NCBI GenBank assembly: GCA_963815215.1
Contig: CAWFFU010000003.1
Coordinates: 224,001 to 288,000, forward strand
DNA: 64,000 nucleotides
Direction: 5' to 3'
DNA from: an uncultured Trueperaceae bacterium
GTDB lineage: Bacteria; Deinococcota; Deinococci; Deinococcales; Trueperaceae
The notes beneath the pieces were generated by a model. That model searched no databases. It was not told the DNA's origin and was given only the letters and a program-made list of their open reading frames with translations. The position numbers were made by a program, and so were the translations under genes. Of this stretch, positions 38,768-52,602 are shown in pieces; position 1 is the stretch's first letter, and every line of letters begins with the position of its first letter.

Positions 38768-40067
38768 GGTCGATCCTCACTCCGGGGGCCGTTCCGTTGC
38801 CAGGCCACGCGTCCCCCTGCGATCACGCGTTCGGCCAGGTTGGTGCCGTAGTGGTAGGCGAGGTAGGTGTGGCTGGGGGCGTCGACCACCAGCAGGTCGG
38901 CGCGCTTCCCGACCTCGAGGGACCCGACCTCGTGCGCCAGGCCCAGGGCGTGCGCGGCGTTGAGCGTGGCGGCGGCGATCGCCTCGGAAGGGGAGAGCTT
39001 GAGCTGCAGGCATGCCAGGTTGACGATGATCTGCATCGACTCCGTCGGGCTCGAGCCCGGGTTGGCGTCGGTGGCGAGCGCCACCGGCACGCCGGCGTCG
39101 ATCATGCGGCGGGCGGGCGCGTAGCGGCTCCCCATCAGGCTGAAGGTGGTGCCGGGGAGGAGCACGGCGACCACGCCCGCGGCCGCCATCGCCTCGAGGC
39201 CGGCGTCGGAGGCGTAGACGAGGTGATCGGCGGAGACGGCGCCGAGCTCGGCGGCCAGCTCCGCGCCGCCCGAGCTTGTCAACTCGTCGGCGTGGAGCTT
39301 GGGCCGCAACCCGGCGTCGCGACCGGCCTCGAGGATGCGCCGCGATTGCGCCACGTCGAACACGCCTTCCTCACAGAACACGTCGCAGAAGGCGGCCAGG
39401 CCCGCCTGCGCCACCGCCGGGATCATCGCCTCGACGACGAGGTCGAGGTAGCGCTCGGGGGCGTCGCGGAACTCCGGCGGGAAGGCGTGCGCGCCCATGA
39501 AGGTGGCCACCGTCCGTACCGCGTGACCGCGTCCGGCGCGCTGCGCCGCGCTGAGCTGCCGCAGTTCGGTAGCGGTGTCGAGGCCGTAGCCGCTCTTGAT
39601 CTCCAGCGTGGTGGTGCCGTGACGCAGCGCGGTGTCGAGACGCTCGCGCGTGCGGCGCGCCAGGGTGGCTTCGTCGGCCGCGCGCGTGGCGGCGACGGTG
39701 CTCAGGATGCCGCCGCCGGCCTGCAGGATCTCCAGGTAGGACGCGCCGGCCAGACGCAGCGGGAACTCGCGCTCGCGCGTGCCGGCGTACACCAGGTGGG
39801 TGTGCGGGTCCACGAAGCCCGGCAGCACGGTCTTGCCGTGCGCGTCGACGACCCGGGCGCCGTCGGCCAGCGTCACGGAGCGCTCGACGAGGTCGCTGGG
39901 GCCGACGGCGACGATCCTGTCGCCCGCCGCCGCGACGGCGCCGTCCGGGATCACACCGAGCTCGCCCAGAGCGGCGCCGGTGAGGGGTGCGGCGCCGTGG
40001 CCCGCCAGCGTGACCAGCTCGTCGGCGTGGCGCACCAGCAGGGTGGCCGCCGTCCGTTCGGGGTCGG

Positions 40068-40071
<4 letters not shown>
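38764..40071 (-). CDS. hutI: Imidazolonepropionase
   Basis: [51 protein letters not shown]. Confidence 0.96.
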
Positions 40072-41738
<1,667 letters not shown>

Positions 41739-41887
41739 GCGGGTACCGTTCCTCTCGCGGGTGCAGGTTGCCTTTCCGTCACGGTACCGCTGCGAGAGGG
41801 GGAGTGGGCGGTTTGTCGCAGCATCGCGGCGGCGCGGGCTGTGCTCACCCGCGCGGCCGCGATGCCGTCGCTGTCGTGGGCCGGGTC

Positions 41888-44239
<2,352 letters not shown>

Positions 44240-44360
44240 CTACAGGCTTCGCGCCGGGGGGGCGGAACGGCGTGCATCTCGGACACGGGGCGAGGTCGCC
44301 GGTCGGCTGAGGTCGCCGGTCGGGCGGGGTGCGGTCGTCCCTACCGGTAGGCTGGTCTGC

Positions 44361-44882
44361 ATGGCGGACATCCACGGTCCCGACGATGCACGCGCGGCGC
44401 AGGCGAAGGCGGCGCGCTACGGCGAGTTGCTTCAGCGGCTGGCGGGCCTCCTGGAGGGTGAGCCGGACTGGCTCGCGAACCTCGCCAACGCCGCGGCGGC
44501 GATCTTCGAGTGGCTGCCGGGGCTCAACTGGGCCGGGTTCTACCTGCTGCGTGACGGCGAGCTGGTCGTCGGGCCCTTCCAGGGTCGACCCGCGTGCGTG
44601 CGGATCGCCATCGGGGCGGGCGTGTGCGGCGCCGCGGTCGCGCAGCGCGCCAGCCAGGTGGTGGCGGACGTGGACGCCTTCCCGGGGCACATCGCCTGCG
44701 ACCCGCGCTCGCGTTCGGAGATCGTGGTGCCGATCGTCGACGGCCGCGGCGCCGTGACGGCGGTGCTCGATCTCGACAGCGACCGGGTGGCGACCTTCGA
44801 CGAAGAGGACCGGGTGGGGCTCGAGGCGGTTGCACTTCTTCTAGCCCAGACTATCGATTGGGAGCGCGCTTGCCGGAGCTGA
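44361..44882 (+). CDS. GAF-domain protein, free methionine-R-sulfoxide reductase (MsrC-like)
   Basis: NWAGFY, GPFQGRPAC, GVCG, FPGHIACD, SRSEIVVP, LDLDS. Confidence 0.9.
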   Translation: MADIHGPDDARAAQAKAARYGELLQRLAGLLEGEPDWLANLANAAAAIFEWLPGLNWAGFYLLRDGELVVGPFQGRPACVRIAIGAGVCGAAVAQRASQVVADVDAFPGHIACDPRSRSEIVVPIVDGRGAVTAVLDLDSDRVATFDEEDRVGLEAVALLLAQTIDWERACRS

Positions 44883-45048
44883 GCCGGATTCCGGGTGACG
44901 CGCGGCCGCGGCGCTGTGCTTCGAGTTCCTGAGGCCCGGCGGCGAGCTGCGGGGCGTGTCCATCATCGCGGACGTGTGGAAGCGCTGAGAGTCCTCGTGC
45001 ACGCCCCGACGCAGCGCCCGGGATCGTTGTCCGCGCGTCCAGCGTGCG

Positions 45049-45771
45049 CTACGGCGTGGTGCTGAGGCCCGCCAGGAAGCCGTCGAGCGCCGACAGATAG
45101 GCGTGCATGGCTTGGAGCGTCTTCGCCATGTCCCCCGGGATCTCGAGACTGTGGTCGGCGTCTTCGACGATCACGCGGTTGCGGCCGGTACGCTCAGCGA
45201 GCTCGTCGAGCCGCGTCGCGTCGTACAAGGGGTCCGCCGTGCCGATCACGAACAACGACGGGGGCAGCCGCCGCTGGACGGTCTCGAGCAGCGACGCATC
45301 GTTGAGCAGGGGCGTCAACCACACGCAGGCGGGCGTACGCGGCGGCAGGCCGGCAGAGGGGATGTCGGCGGGGACGTGGGCGGGAACGTCGGCGGGGACG
45401 TCGGCGAGGATGTCGGCAAGGGCGAGCGTCCCGATGGACTTGCCGACGAGGATCACGTCCCGGTACGCGCCTTGCCGGGTGGCGGCCCGGTACGCGCTGA
45501 GCGCATCGTCGCGGATCCAGGCGCGCCGGCGGGAGGCGTCGTCGCGTGGGAAGTCGGGATCGAGATCGTACGCGAGGTCGAGGCGCAGGACGTCGGCGCC
45601 GCGCTCCTGGAAGGCCCGCTGGGTGTAGTGGAGCAGGGGCATGGTGGCTCGGTAACCCAGGCCGGGGAAGAGCACGGCGAGCCGGTCGGTCCCGGTGTCG
45701 TTCCGGAAGAACGTGTACGGGAGCGGCGCACCGCGTGTGGTGGTGGCGTCGAGGTGCGTGGTCCGGTACAT
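45049..45771 (-). CDS. Alpha/beta hydrolase
   Basis: LFPGLGY, nucleophile GKSIGT, WLTP, GTADPLY, ADHSL; SD GAAGGAG. Confidence 0.85.
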   Translation of the reverse strand: MYRTTHLDATTTRGAPLPYTFFRNDTGTDRLAVLFPGLGYRATMPLLHYTQRAFQERGADVLRLDLAYDLDPDFPRDDASRRRAWIRDDALSAYRAATRQGAYRDVILVGKSIGTLALADILADVPADVPAHVPADIPSAGLPPRTPACVWLTPLLNDASLLETVQRRLPPSLFVIGTADPLYDATRLDELAERTGRNRVIVEDADHSLEIPGDMAKTLQAMHAYLSALDGFLAGLSTTP

Positions 45772-45877
45772 GGTTCTCCTTCGCCGAGATCGGTGATGGC
45801 AGGGCCGATGCGGGTCCCCGGGGGTCCCCGCACCGCGCCGCGTGAGAGCCGAGTCTCTACGATACGGGGGTCCTCCA

Positions 45878-48259
45878 TCAGGCGCCCACGTAGGCCGCCA
45901 GGTGCTCGCCGGTGAGGGTGGAGCGGGCGGCGACGAGGTCGGCGGGCGTGCCCTCGAACACGACCTTGCCGCCGTCGTGTCCGGCGCCGGGGCCTAGGTC
46001 GATGATCCAGTCGGCGTGCGCCATGACCGCCTGGTGGTGCGCGATGACGATGACCGACGTGCCGGCGTCGACGAGCCGGTCGAGCAGGCCGAGAAGCTGC
46101 TCGACGTCGGCGAGGTGCAGGCCGGAGGTGGGCTCGTCGAGGACATAGATGCCGCCCTTCTCGGCCATGCGCGTGGCCAGCTTGAGCCGCTGGCGTTCGC
46201 CGCCGGAGAGCGTGGTGAGCGGCTGGCCGAGTGTCAGGTAGCCCAAGCCCACGTCGGCCATGCGGGACAGGATCTTGTGGGCCGCCGGCGTCTTCGCCGC
46301 GCCGGATCCGAAGAATGCCTCGGCCTCGGCCACCGGCATGGCGAGCACCTCGCTGATGTCACGCTCGCCCAAGCGGTACTCCAGCACCGCAGCCTGGAAG
46401 CGCTTGCCCTCGCACACCTCGCAGGGGGCGGCGACGCTCTCCATGTAGCCGAGCTCGGTGTAGATGACGCCGATCCCGTTGCAGGCGGGACAGGCGCCCT
46501 CGGAGTTGGCGCTGAACAACGCCGGCTTCACGCCGTTGGCCTTCGCGAACGCCTTTCGGATCGGGTCGAGCAGCCCCGTGTAGGTCGCCGGGTTACTCCG
46601 CCTGGAACCGCGGATCGCGCCCTGGTCGATGGTGACCACGCCGTCACGGCCCGACACCGAACCGTCGATCAACGAGCTCTTGCCCGAGCCGGCCACGCCG
46701 GTCACGACCACGAGCACGCCGAGGGGTACGTCGACGTCGACGTTCTGGAGGTTGTGGGTGGCGGCGCCGCGCACCTCCAACACGCCGGACGGCGCGCGCA
46801 GCGACGCCTTCAGCGCGGCCCGGTCGTCGAGGTGTCGCCCTGTGAGGGTGCCGCTGGAGCGCAGCCCCTCGACGCCGCCCTCGTACACGATCTCGCCGCC
46901 GCCCGCGCCGGCGCCGGGCCCCAGGTCGACGACATGATCGGCGCGCACGATCACTTCCGGCTTGTGCTCCACCACGAGCACGGTGTTGCCCTTGTCGCGA
47001 AGCTGCACCAGCAGCTCGTTCATCCGCTCGATGTCGTGCGGGTGCAGCCCGATCGTCGGCTCGTCGAAGACGTAGGTGACGTCGGTGAGTGCCGACCCGA
47101 GGTGGCGGATCATCTTCACGCGCTGCGCCTCGCCGCCCGACAGCGTGCCTGACGGCCGGTCGAGCGAGAGGTAGCCCAGCCCGATCTCCACGAACGAGTC
47201 GAGGGTGTGCCGCAGCGCGACCAGCAGCGGCGCCACCGAGGGCTCGTCGAGGTCGCCGACCCACGTCGCCAGGTCGCTGATCTGCATGGCGCAGGCTTCG
47301 CCGATGTGGATGCCCTGGATCCTCGACGAGCGGGCGGCCTCGCTCAGCCGCGTGCCGCCGCAGTCGGGACAGGTGGTGAACGTGACCGCCCGCTCCACGA
47401 AGGCCCGGATGTGCGGCTGCATCGCGTCGACGTCCTTGGAGAGCATCGATCTCTGGATCCGAGGGATCAGACCCTCGTAGGTCATGTTGATGCCCTCGAT
47501 CTTCATGCGCGTCGGCTCCCGGTACAGGAAGTCGTGCAGCTGCTTCTTGGTGAACGCACGGATCGGCTTGTCCGGGTCGAAGAAGCCGGAGGACGCGTAG
47601 AGGCGGTAGTTCCAGCCGCCCGCGGTGTAGCCGGGGATGGTGAGCGCGCCGTCGGCGAGCGACTTCGTATCGTCGAAGAGCTGGGACAGGTCGAGATCGG
47701 TCACCGCGCCCATGCCTTCGCAGCGCGGGCACATGCCGCCGGTCCGGTTGAAGGTGCGCGTCACCGCCCTGGTCCTGTCCTCGCCGCGCTCGACCGTGAA
47801 CGCTCCGGTCGCCCGCACCGACGGGACGTTGAAGGCGTACGCGCTCGGGGAACCGATGTGTGGCTCACCGAGCCGGCTGAAGAGGATACGCAGCATCGCG
47901 TTGGCGTCCGTCGCCGTGCCCACGGTGGATCGGGCGTTGGCGCCCATACGCTCCTGGTCGACGATGATCGCGGTCGTCAGGCCGTCGAGGACGTCGACCT
48001 CGGGCCGCGCCAGCGTCGGCATGAAGCCCCGCACGAAGGCGCTATAGGTCTCGTTGATCATCCGCTGCGATTCCGCGGCGATGGTGTCGAACACCAGCGA
48101 GCTCTTGCCCGAGCCGGAGACGCCGGTGAACACCGTCAGCCGGCGCTTCGGGATCTCCAGCGTCACGTCCTTGAGGTTGTTCACGCGCGCGCCGTGCACG
48201 CGGATGAGGTCGTGACGGTCGGCGACATGCGGGGAGGGCGGCGTCGGATCCTCGGTCAT
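45878..48259 (-). CDS. Class II UvrA-like ABC ATPase (UvrA2/DrrC-like)
   Basis: Two ABC modules (GVSGSGKSS, LSGGEAQR, DEP; GVAGSGKSS, LSGGERQR) with zinc fingers; 793 aa, shorter than canonical UvrA. Confidence 0.92.
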   Translation of the reverse strand: MTEDPTPPSPHVADRHDLIRVHGARVNNLKDVTLEIPKRRLTVFTGVSGSGKSSLVFDTIAAESQRMINETYSAFVRGFMPTLARPEVDVLDGLTTAIIVDQERMGANARSTVGTATDANAMLRILFSRLGEPHIGSPSAYAFNVPSVRATGAFTVERGEDRTRAVTRTFNRTGGMCPRCEGMGAVTDLDLSQLFDDTKSLADGALTIPGYTAGGWNYRLYASSGFFDPDKPIRAFTKKQLHDFLYREPTRMKIEGINMTYEGLIPRIQRSMLSKDVDAMQPHIRAFVERAVTFTTCPDCGGTRLSEAARSSRIQGIHIGEACAMQISDLATWVGDLDEPSVAPLLVALRHTLDSFVEIGLGYLSLDRPSGTLSGGEAQRVKMIRHLGSALTDVTYVFDEPTIGLHPHDIERMNELLVQLRDKGNTVLVVEHKPEVIVRADHVVDLGPGAGAGGGEIVYEGGVEGLRSSGTLTGRHLDDRAALKASLRAPSGVLEVRGAATHNLQNVDVDVPLGVLVVVTGVAGSGKSSLIDGSVSGRDGVVTIDQGAIRGSRRSNPATYTGLLDPIRKAFAKANGVKPALFSANSEGACPACNGIGVIYTELGYMESVAAPCEVCEGKRFQAAVLEYRLGERDISEVLAMPVAEAEAFFGSGAAKTPAAHKILSRMADVGLGYLTLGQPLTTLSGGERQRLKLATRMAEKGGIYVLDEPTSGLHLADVEQLLGLLDRLVDAGTSVIVIAHHQAVMAHADWIIDLGPGAGHDGGKVVFEGTPADLVAARSTLTGEHLAAYVGA

Positions 48260-48307
48260 CGTGCCTCCGTCCGGTGGGTGGCCGCACCCACGCTCTCGGC
48301 TCTCAGC

Positions 48308-48718
48308 TCAGAGCAGTTCCTGGATGCGGACCAGGTTCCCCGCGGGATCGCGGACGGCACAATCGCGAACGCCGTACGGCTGCTCGGTCGGCTCCTGCAC
48401 GATCTCGGCGCCGCTGGCCTGGACGCGCTCGAAGGCGCCGTCGAGGTCCCTGGTGGCCAGCAGGATCATGGCGTAGGTGCCCTTGGCCATCATCTCGTGG
48501 ATGGTGCGTCGCTCGTCGTCGGTGATTCCGGGCGCGGCGGTCGGCGGCGACAGGACGATGGAGGTGCCGGGCTGGTCGACGGGTCCGACCGTGATCCAGC
48601 GCATCGCTTCGTATCCGACGTCGTTGCGGACCTCGAAGCCGAGGGTGTCGCGGTAGAAGGCCAGGGACGCGTCCGGGTCGATGTGCGGGAGCATGCTTGC
48701 GTGGATGGTGATGTCCAT
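48308..48718 (-). CDS. VOC/glyoxalase family protein
   Basis: SLAFYRDTLGFEVRND, EPTEQPYGVRDCAVRDPAGNLVRI. Start 48718 or 48727. Confidence 0.92.
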   Translation of the reverse strand: MDITIHASMLPHIDPDASLAFYRDTLGFEVRNDVGYEAMRWITVGPVDQPGTSIVLSPPTAAPGITDDERRTIHEMMAKGTYAMILLATRDLDGAFERVQASGAEIVQEPTEQPYGVRDCAVRDPAGNLVRIQELL

Positions 48719-48723
48719 GGCCG

Positions 48724-49185
<462 letters not shown>

Positions 49186-49329
49186 GCCACGGCGCGACGG
49201 GACTCGGCCGGTCCGGAGCTACATCGACTGTCGCCAACGCGACACGAGCAGCCGATCGTGCGGCCAAGCCCTTGCAGCTGTCAACGGCTCGAAGCGAGCT
49301 CGCTGGTCGGTCAGGGCGGGGCCGGGGGT

Positions 49330-49641
49330 CTAGCGTTCGCCGGCCGCTTGGGTCAGGCGTTGTCGGAGGAGCTCCTGGCTGGGCCAACCCTTGCCGGCGT
49401 TCTCGAGGTAGCGACGGCAGGCCATCACCGGCGCTCCGTCGTAGTGTTCGAGGTCGTCACGGTCGACCCGGATGCTGGGCGATCCGGCGAAGCCGCGGCG
49501 TTCGTCCTGCGTGAGGTGCTCGATGTTCCGGAGGCGGACGCTGGCGTCGAGGTCGAGACCCACCAGGGCCTGACCGAGTTCGGTCCAGGCGGTACGCCAC
49601 GAGGGGCAGCCGTCGAAGTACAGCAGTTCGACCTCGATCAG
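49330..49641 (-). CDS. Thioredoxin-like protein (DUF2703-like), predicted CTG start
   Basis: In-frame extension beyond the ORF track gives (L/M)IEVELLYFDGCPSW...FAGSPSIRVD...ACRRY; in-frame TAG three codons upstream. Confidence 0.75.
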   Translation of the reverse strand: MIEVELLYFDGCPSWRTAWTELGQALVGLDLDASVRLRNIEHLTQDERRGFAGSPSIRVDRDDLEHYDGAPVMACRRYLENAGKGWPSQELLRQRLTQAAGER

Positions 49642-49709
49642 GGGTCCAGGCTAGCGCGTGGCGCGAGCCCGCGTGGTTCGCGTCGCTGCGCGGGTCCTCG
49701 GCGGACGGC

Positions 49710-50435
49710 CTACTCGACCACGATCTTGCCGTACATGCCCTTCTGGGCGTGGCCGGGGACCTGGCAGACGTAGTAGTAGGTGCCGGGGGTTGCCGCACGG
49801 AACCGCAGGGTGCCGGAGGTGTAACTGGCGGACTGTAGGTTCTCGTCCGTGCGTGCGGAGAGGGGCGGGATGCCGCTACGCAGGCCGCCGCCCATCATGG
49901 GCGCCATGTACGGGTAGGGAGGCGCGAAGCGGGTGAGGACGAGGCCGTGGGGCATGTCGGCGCCGTAATCCATGTTGACGAGGTCGAGGGTGACGGTGGC
50001 GCCGCGCGGGATGGTGACGGTGGGGTCGACCAGGCCGGCGATCTCGAAGGTGGTGTCGGGCTCGTCGGGTTGGACGGCGATCACGTCGAGGGTGACGCTG
50101 GCACCGGTGTAGCTGACGGTGTTGGTGGTGGGGTCGATGGTGGCACCCTGCAGGCCGCTCGCGATCATGGCGCGTGCGGCGTTCCAGTCGACGGTCCGGA
50201 TGCCCTGTCCGCCGTACCCCTGGCCCATCATGCCGTAGCCGCCGGCTCGGCCGTAGCCGCCCATCTGGCCGGGGCCCATGCCGGCGTCGCCGTAGTCGGT
50301 ACCGCCATGGCCGGTAGCGCCATAGCCGGTGCCGGCCGTGCCGCCCATGCCCCGCTGGGCGAGGGAGGCGCCCACGAGGAGGGCGGCGGTGAGCAGGACG
50401 GCGCCGATGAGAGCGCTGCGCTGGCGGGGGGTCAC
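49710..50435 (-). CDS. Rusticyanin/sulfocyanin-like blue copper protein with Gly/Met-rich linker
   Basis: Signal peptide; type-1 Cu ligands H (DMPHG) and GTYYYVCQVPGHAQKGMYGKIVVE. Confidence 0.88.
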   Translation of the reverse strand: MTPRQRSALIGAVLLTAALLVGASLAQRGMGGTAGTGYGATGHGGTDYGDAGMGPGQMGGYGRAGGYGMMGQGYGGQGIRTVDWNAARAMIASGLQGATIDPTTNTVSYTGASVTLDVIAVQPDEPDTTFEIAGLVDPTVTIPRGATVTLDLVNMDYGADMPHGLVLTRFAPPYPYMAPMMGGGLRSGIPPLSARTDENLQSASYTSGTLRFRAATPGTYYYVCQVPGHAQKGMYGKIVVE

Positions 50436-50695
50436 GCGAGGCCTTCCTTGCGGCGGTCGAACTCTTCCTTGTCGATCTCACCGCGCGCGTAGCGCTCGCG
50501 GAGGATGCGCAGTGCGCTGTCTTCGCCCGGAAGGGAGGTGCCGTTCGCGGCGTCGTGCTGCGCCCGGTGGCCGCGTCCGCTGTCGAGGGCGCGCCACAGG
50601 TAGATGATGCCTAGAACGATGAGGGCGAGGAAGAGCAGGGAGCCGAGCCAGCCGAAGCCGCCCCAGCCACCCATGCCGTAGCCGAATCCCATCAT
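50432..50695 (-). CDS. SHOCT-domain membrane protein
   Basis: MMGFGYGMGGWGG, one TM helix, SALRILRERYARGEIDKEEFDRRK. Confidence 0.92.
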   Translation of the reverse strand: MMGFGYGMGGWGGFGWLGSLLFLALIVLGIIYLWRALDSGRGHRAQHDAANGTSLPGEDSALRILRERYARGEIDKEEFDRRKEGLA

Positions 50696-50862
50696 GGTGT
50701 ATCTCCTTCCGCCGGGCGCTCGCCGGGCGCCGGTCCCTGGTCATGGGCCGTGCCGGAACGCCGCGGAGCGCGTGGCTTGGTGCCGTCGATCCGTGGGAAG
50801 AGGCGGGCGCTGAGGTACGCCGCGAGGGCGATGATCAGTGCCAGAGCGATGAGGTAGAGCAA
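50692..50862 (-). CDS. Small single-TM protein (56 aa, not in ORF track)
   Basis: SD GGAAGGAG then TTG; MLYLIALALIIALAAYLSARLFPR...GDTP; stop overlaps the SHOCT start (ATGA). Confidence 0.7.
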   Translation of the reverse strand: MLYLIALALIIALAAYLSARLFPRIDGTKPRAPRRSGTAHDQGPAPGERPAEGDTP

Positions 50863-51150
50863 GGGCGCGTCTCCTTCCCTGGGATCACGGGGTCAGGGTA
50901 CGGAGCTTGTGTTCAGCTTGGATAAAGGCTGCCGGGTTGAGGCTCCGGATCACGTACCCTGGTCAGGGTGGGGTCAAGGCCGAGAGTGCTGTGGGTCCTG
51001 TGGTGGGAGTGGCTGGACGCTGCGGGTGATGGATGGTCGAGGCTCTCGACGGCGAAGACACCGTCCGGCACCACGTCGCCAGAAGCGACAGGTGCGGCGC
51101 GCTGGGGGCCGTGCGCGCTCCTCGGCCTGTCGACCGTCAAGGAGGATGCC

Positions 51151-52089
51151 ATGTTGAACCACGACGAGGGATGGAGCGCTGGTGGCGCAGGAGCGCCCAG
51201 CGGGGCGGGGGAGGCGTTGTTGGCGGGTCGCAAGGTGGGCCGTGTCGGTTTCGGCGCCATGCAGCTCCCCGGCCCGCGCGTTTGGGGCCCACCGGCGGAT
51301 CGGGATGCGGCGCTGGCGGTGTTGCGCGAGGCCATCGATCTGGGCGTCAATCACGTCGACACGGCGCAGTTCTACGGTGACGGGGTCGCCAACGAGTTGA
51401 TCCGGAGCGCGCTGTACCCGTATCCGGAGGAGCTGGTGCTGGTGAGCAAGGTCGGTGCGGGGCGGGACGCTGCGGGGGGTTGGTATCCCGCCCAGCGTCC
51501 GGAGCAGCTTCGTGCTGGGGTGGAGGCGAACCTGAGGAGCCTAGGGGTGGAGCGCTTGGACGCGGTGAATCTGCGGCTCACGGGGGTTGGGTCGGGCGAT
51601 GGTTTGCCGGCTGAGCAACGGGTGGACCTGGACGGTCAGTTGGCGGAGATGGTGGCGCTGCGTGACGAGGGGCTGATCGGTGGCATCGGCTTGAGCAACG
51701 CCGGGGTCGAGGAGGTGCGTCGGGCGCTGCCTGTCGGTATCGCCTGCGTGCAGAACGCCTATAGCGTTCTCGATCGCTCAGCCGAGCCTGTTCTGGAGTT
51801 GTGTCGCGAGCACGGCGTGCCCTGGGTGCCGTTCTTCCCTTTGGGTTCCGCCTTCCCGAACGTGCCCAAGGTCACCCTGCACCCTGTGGTGATGGAGGTG
51901 GCGGCGCGCCTGGAGGCGACGCCCGCGCAGATCGGCCTGGCCTGGCTGCTCGCTCATGATCCGAGCACCTTGTTGATCCCGGGGACCTCCGATGCTCGGC
52001 ACCTGCGGGAGAACATCGCGAGTGGGGCGGTCACGTTGGACCCGGCTGCGTACGCTGCCCTCGACGCCTTGTCTGCCGGGCCTGGGTGA
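51151..52089 (+). CDS. Aldo/keto reductase
   Basis: SD AAGGAGG; VGFGAMQL, GVNHVDTAQFYG, SKVG, GLSN, VQNAYS, PFFPLG, LIPGTS..HLRENI. Confidence 0.92.
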   Translation: MLNHDEGWSAGGAGAPSGAGEALLAGRKVGRVGFGAMQLPGPRVWGPPADRDAALAVLREAIDLGVNHVDTAQFYGDGVANELIRSALYPYPEELVLVSKVGAGRDAAGGWYPAQRPEQLRAGVEANLRSLGVERLDAVNLRLTGVGSGDGLPAEQRVDLDGQLAEMVALRDEGLIGGIGLSNAGVEEVRRALPVGIACVQNAYSVLDRSAEPVLELCREHGVPWVPFFPLGSAFPNVPKVTLHPVVMEVAARLEATPAQIGLAWLLAHDPSTLLIPGTSDARHLRENIASGAVTLDPAAYAALDALSAGPG

Positions 52090-52602
52090 GCGCGTTCTAG
52101 AGTTGGGCATCGTTCGTGGACACCGGGTTGCTTGAGGTTCAGCCTCAGTCAGGACAACAGTCCATGGACCTGACGGAACTCCGGTGCGGGATTGCAGACA
52201 CCGCTCGAACCCGGACTCGTGGCCTGGGCCGGTGCTGAGAGCCCGGCCGGGATCTCCGGCCTCCGTGCTTGCTTCACTCGGTGCTCTCGAATCGCGTAGT
52301 CCAACCGTTCGCCGCTGGCCTCGTTCCACGCGATGGTTCGGTTGCTCGACCGCGGGTGCGCCGCATTGCGGGCCTCGAGCGGTCGTGCCTACGGGTGTCT
52401 CAGCGATCTCAGGTAGAACTGGCTGGCTTCGGCATGCCGATCTCGTACCCGCCGACCATGTTTGTTGTCGCTCGGTCGAGTGGGCCTGATAACACCCGGG
52501 CACGTCATGGGACGTGTCTTGATTCGTGGGCTCGGCGTGGTCCGAGCTGTTGGAGGCCAGACCGAGAGTTGGACTGGCCTCCAATGCGAGTACGTCTAGG
52601 GC

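Noticed and set aside
45361..45410. 12-nt tandem repeat in the alpha/beta hydrolase (ADVPADVPAHVPADIP)
   Set aside because: An in-frame low-complexity loop expansion with no evident function.
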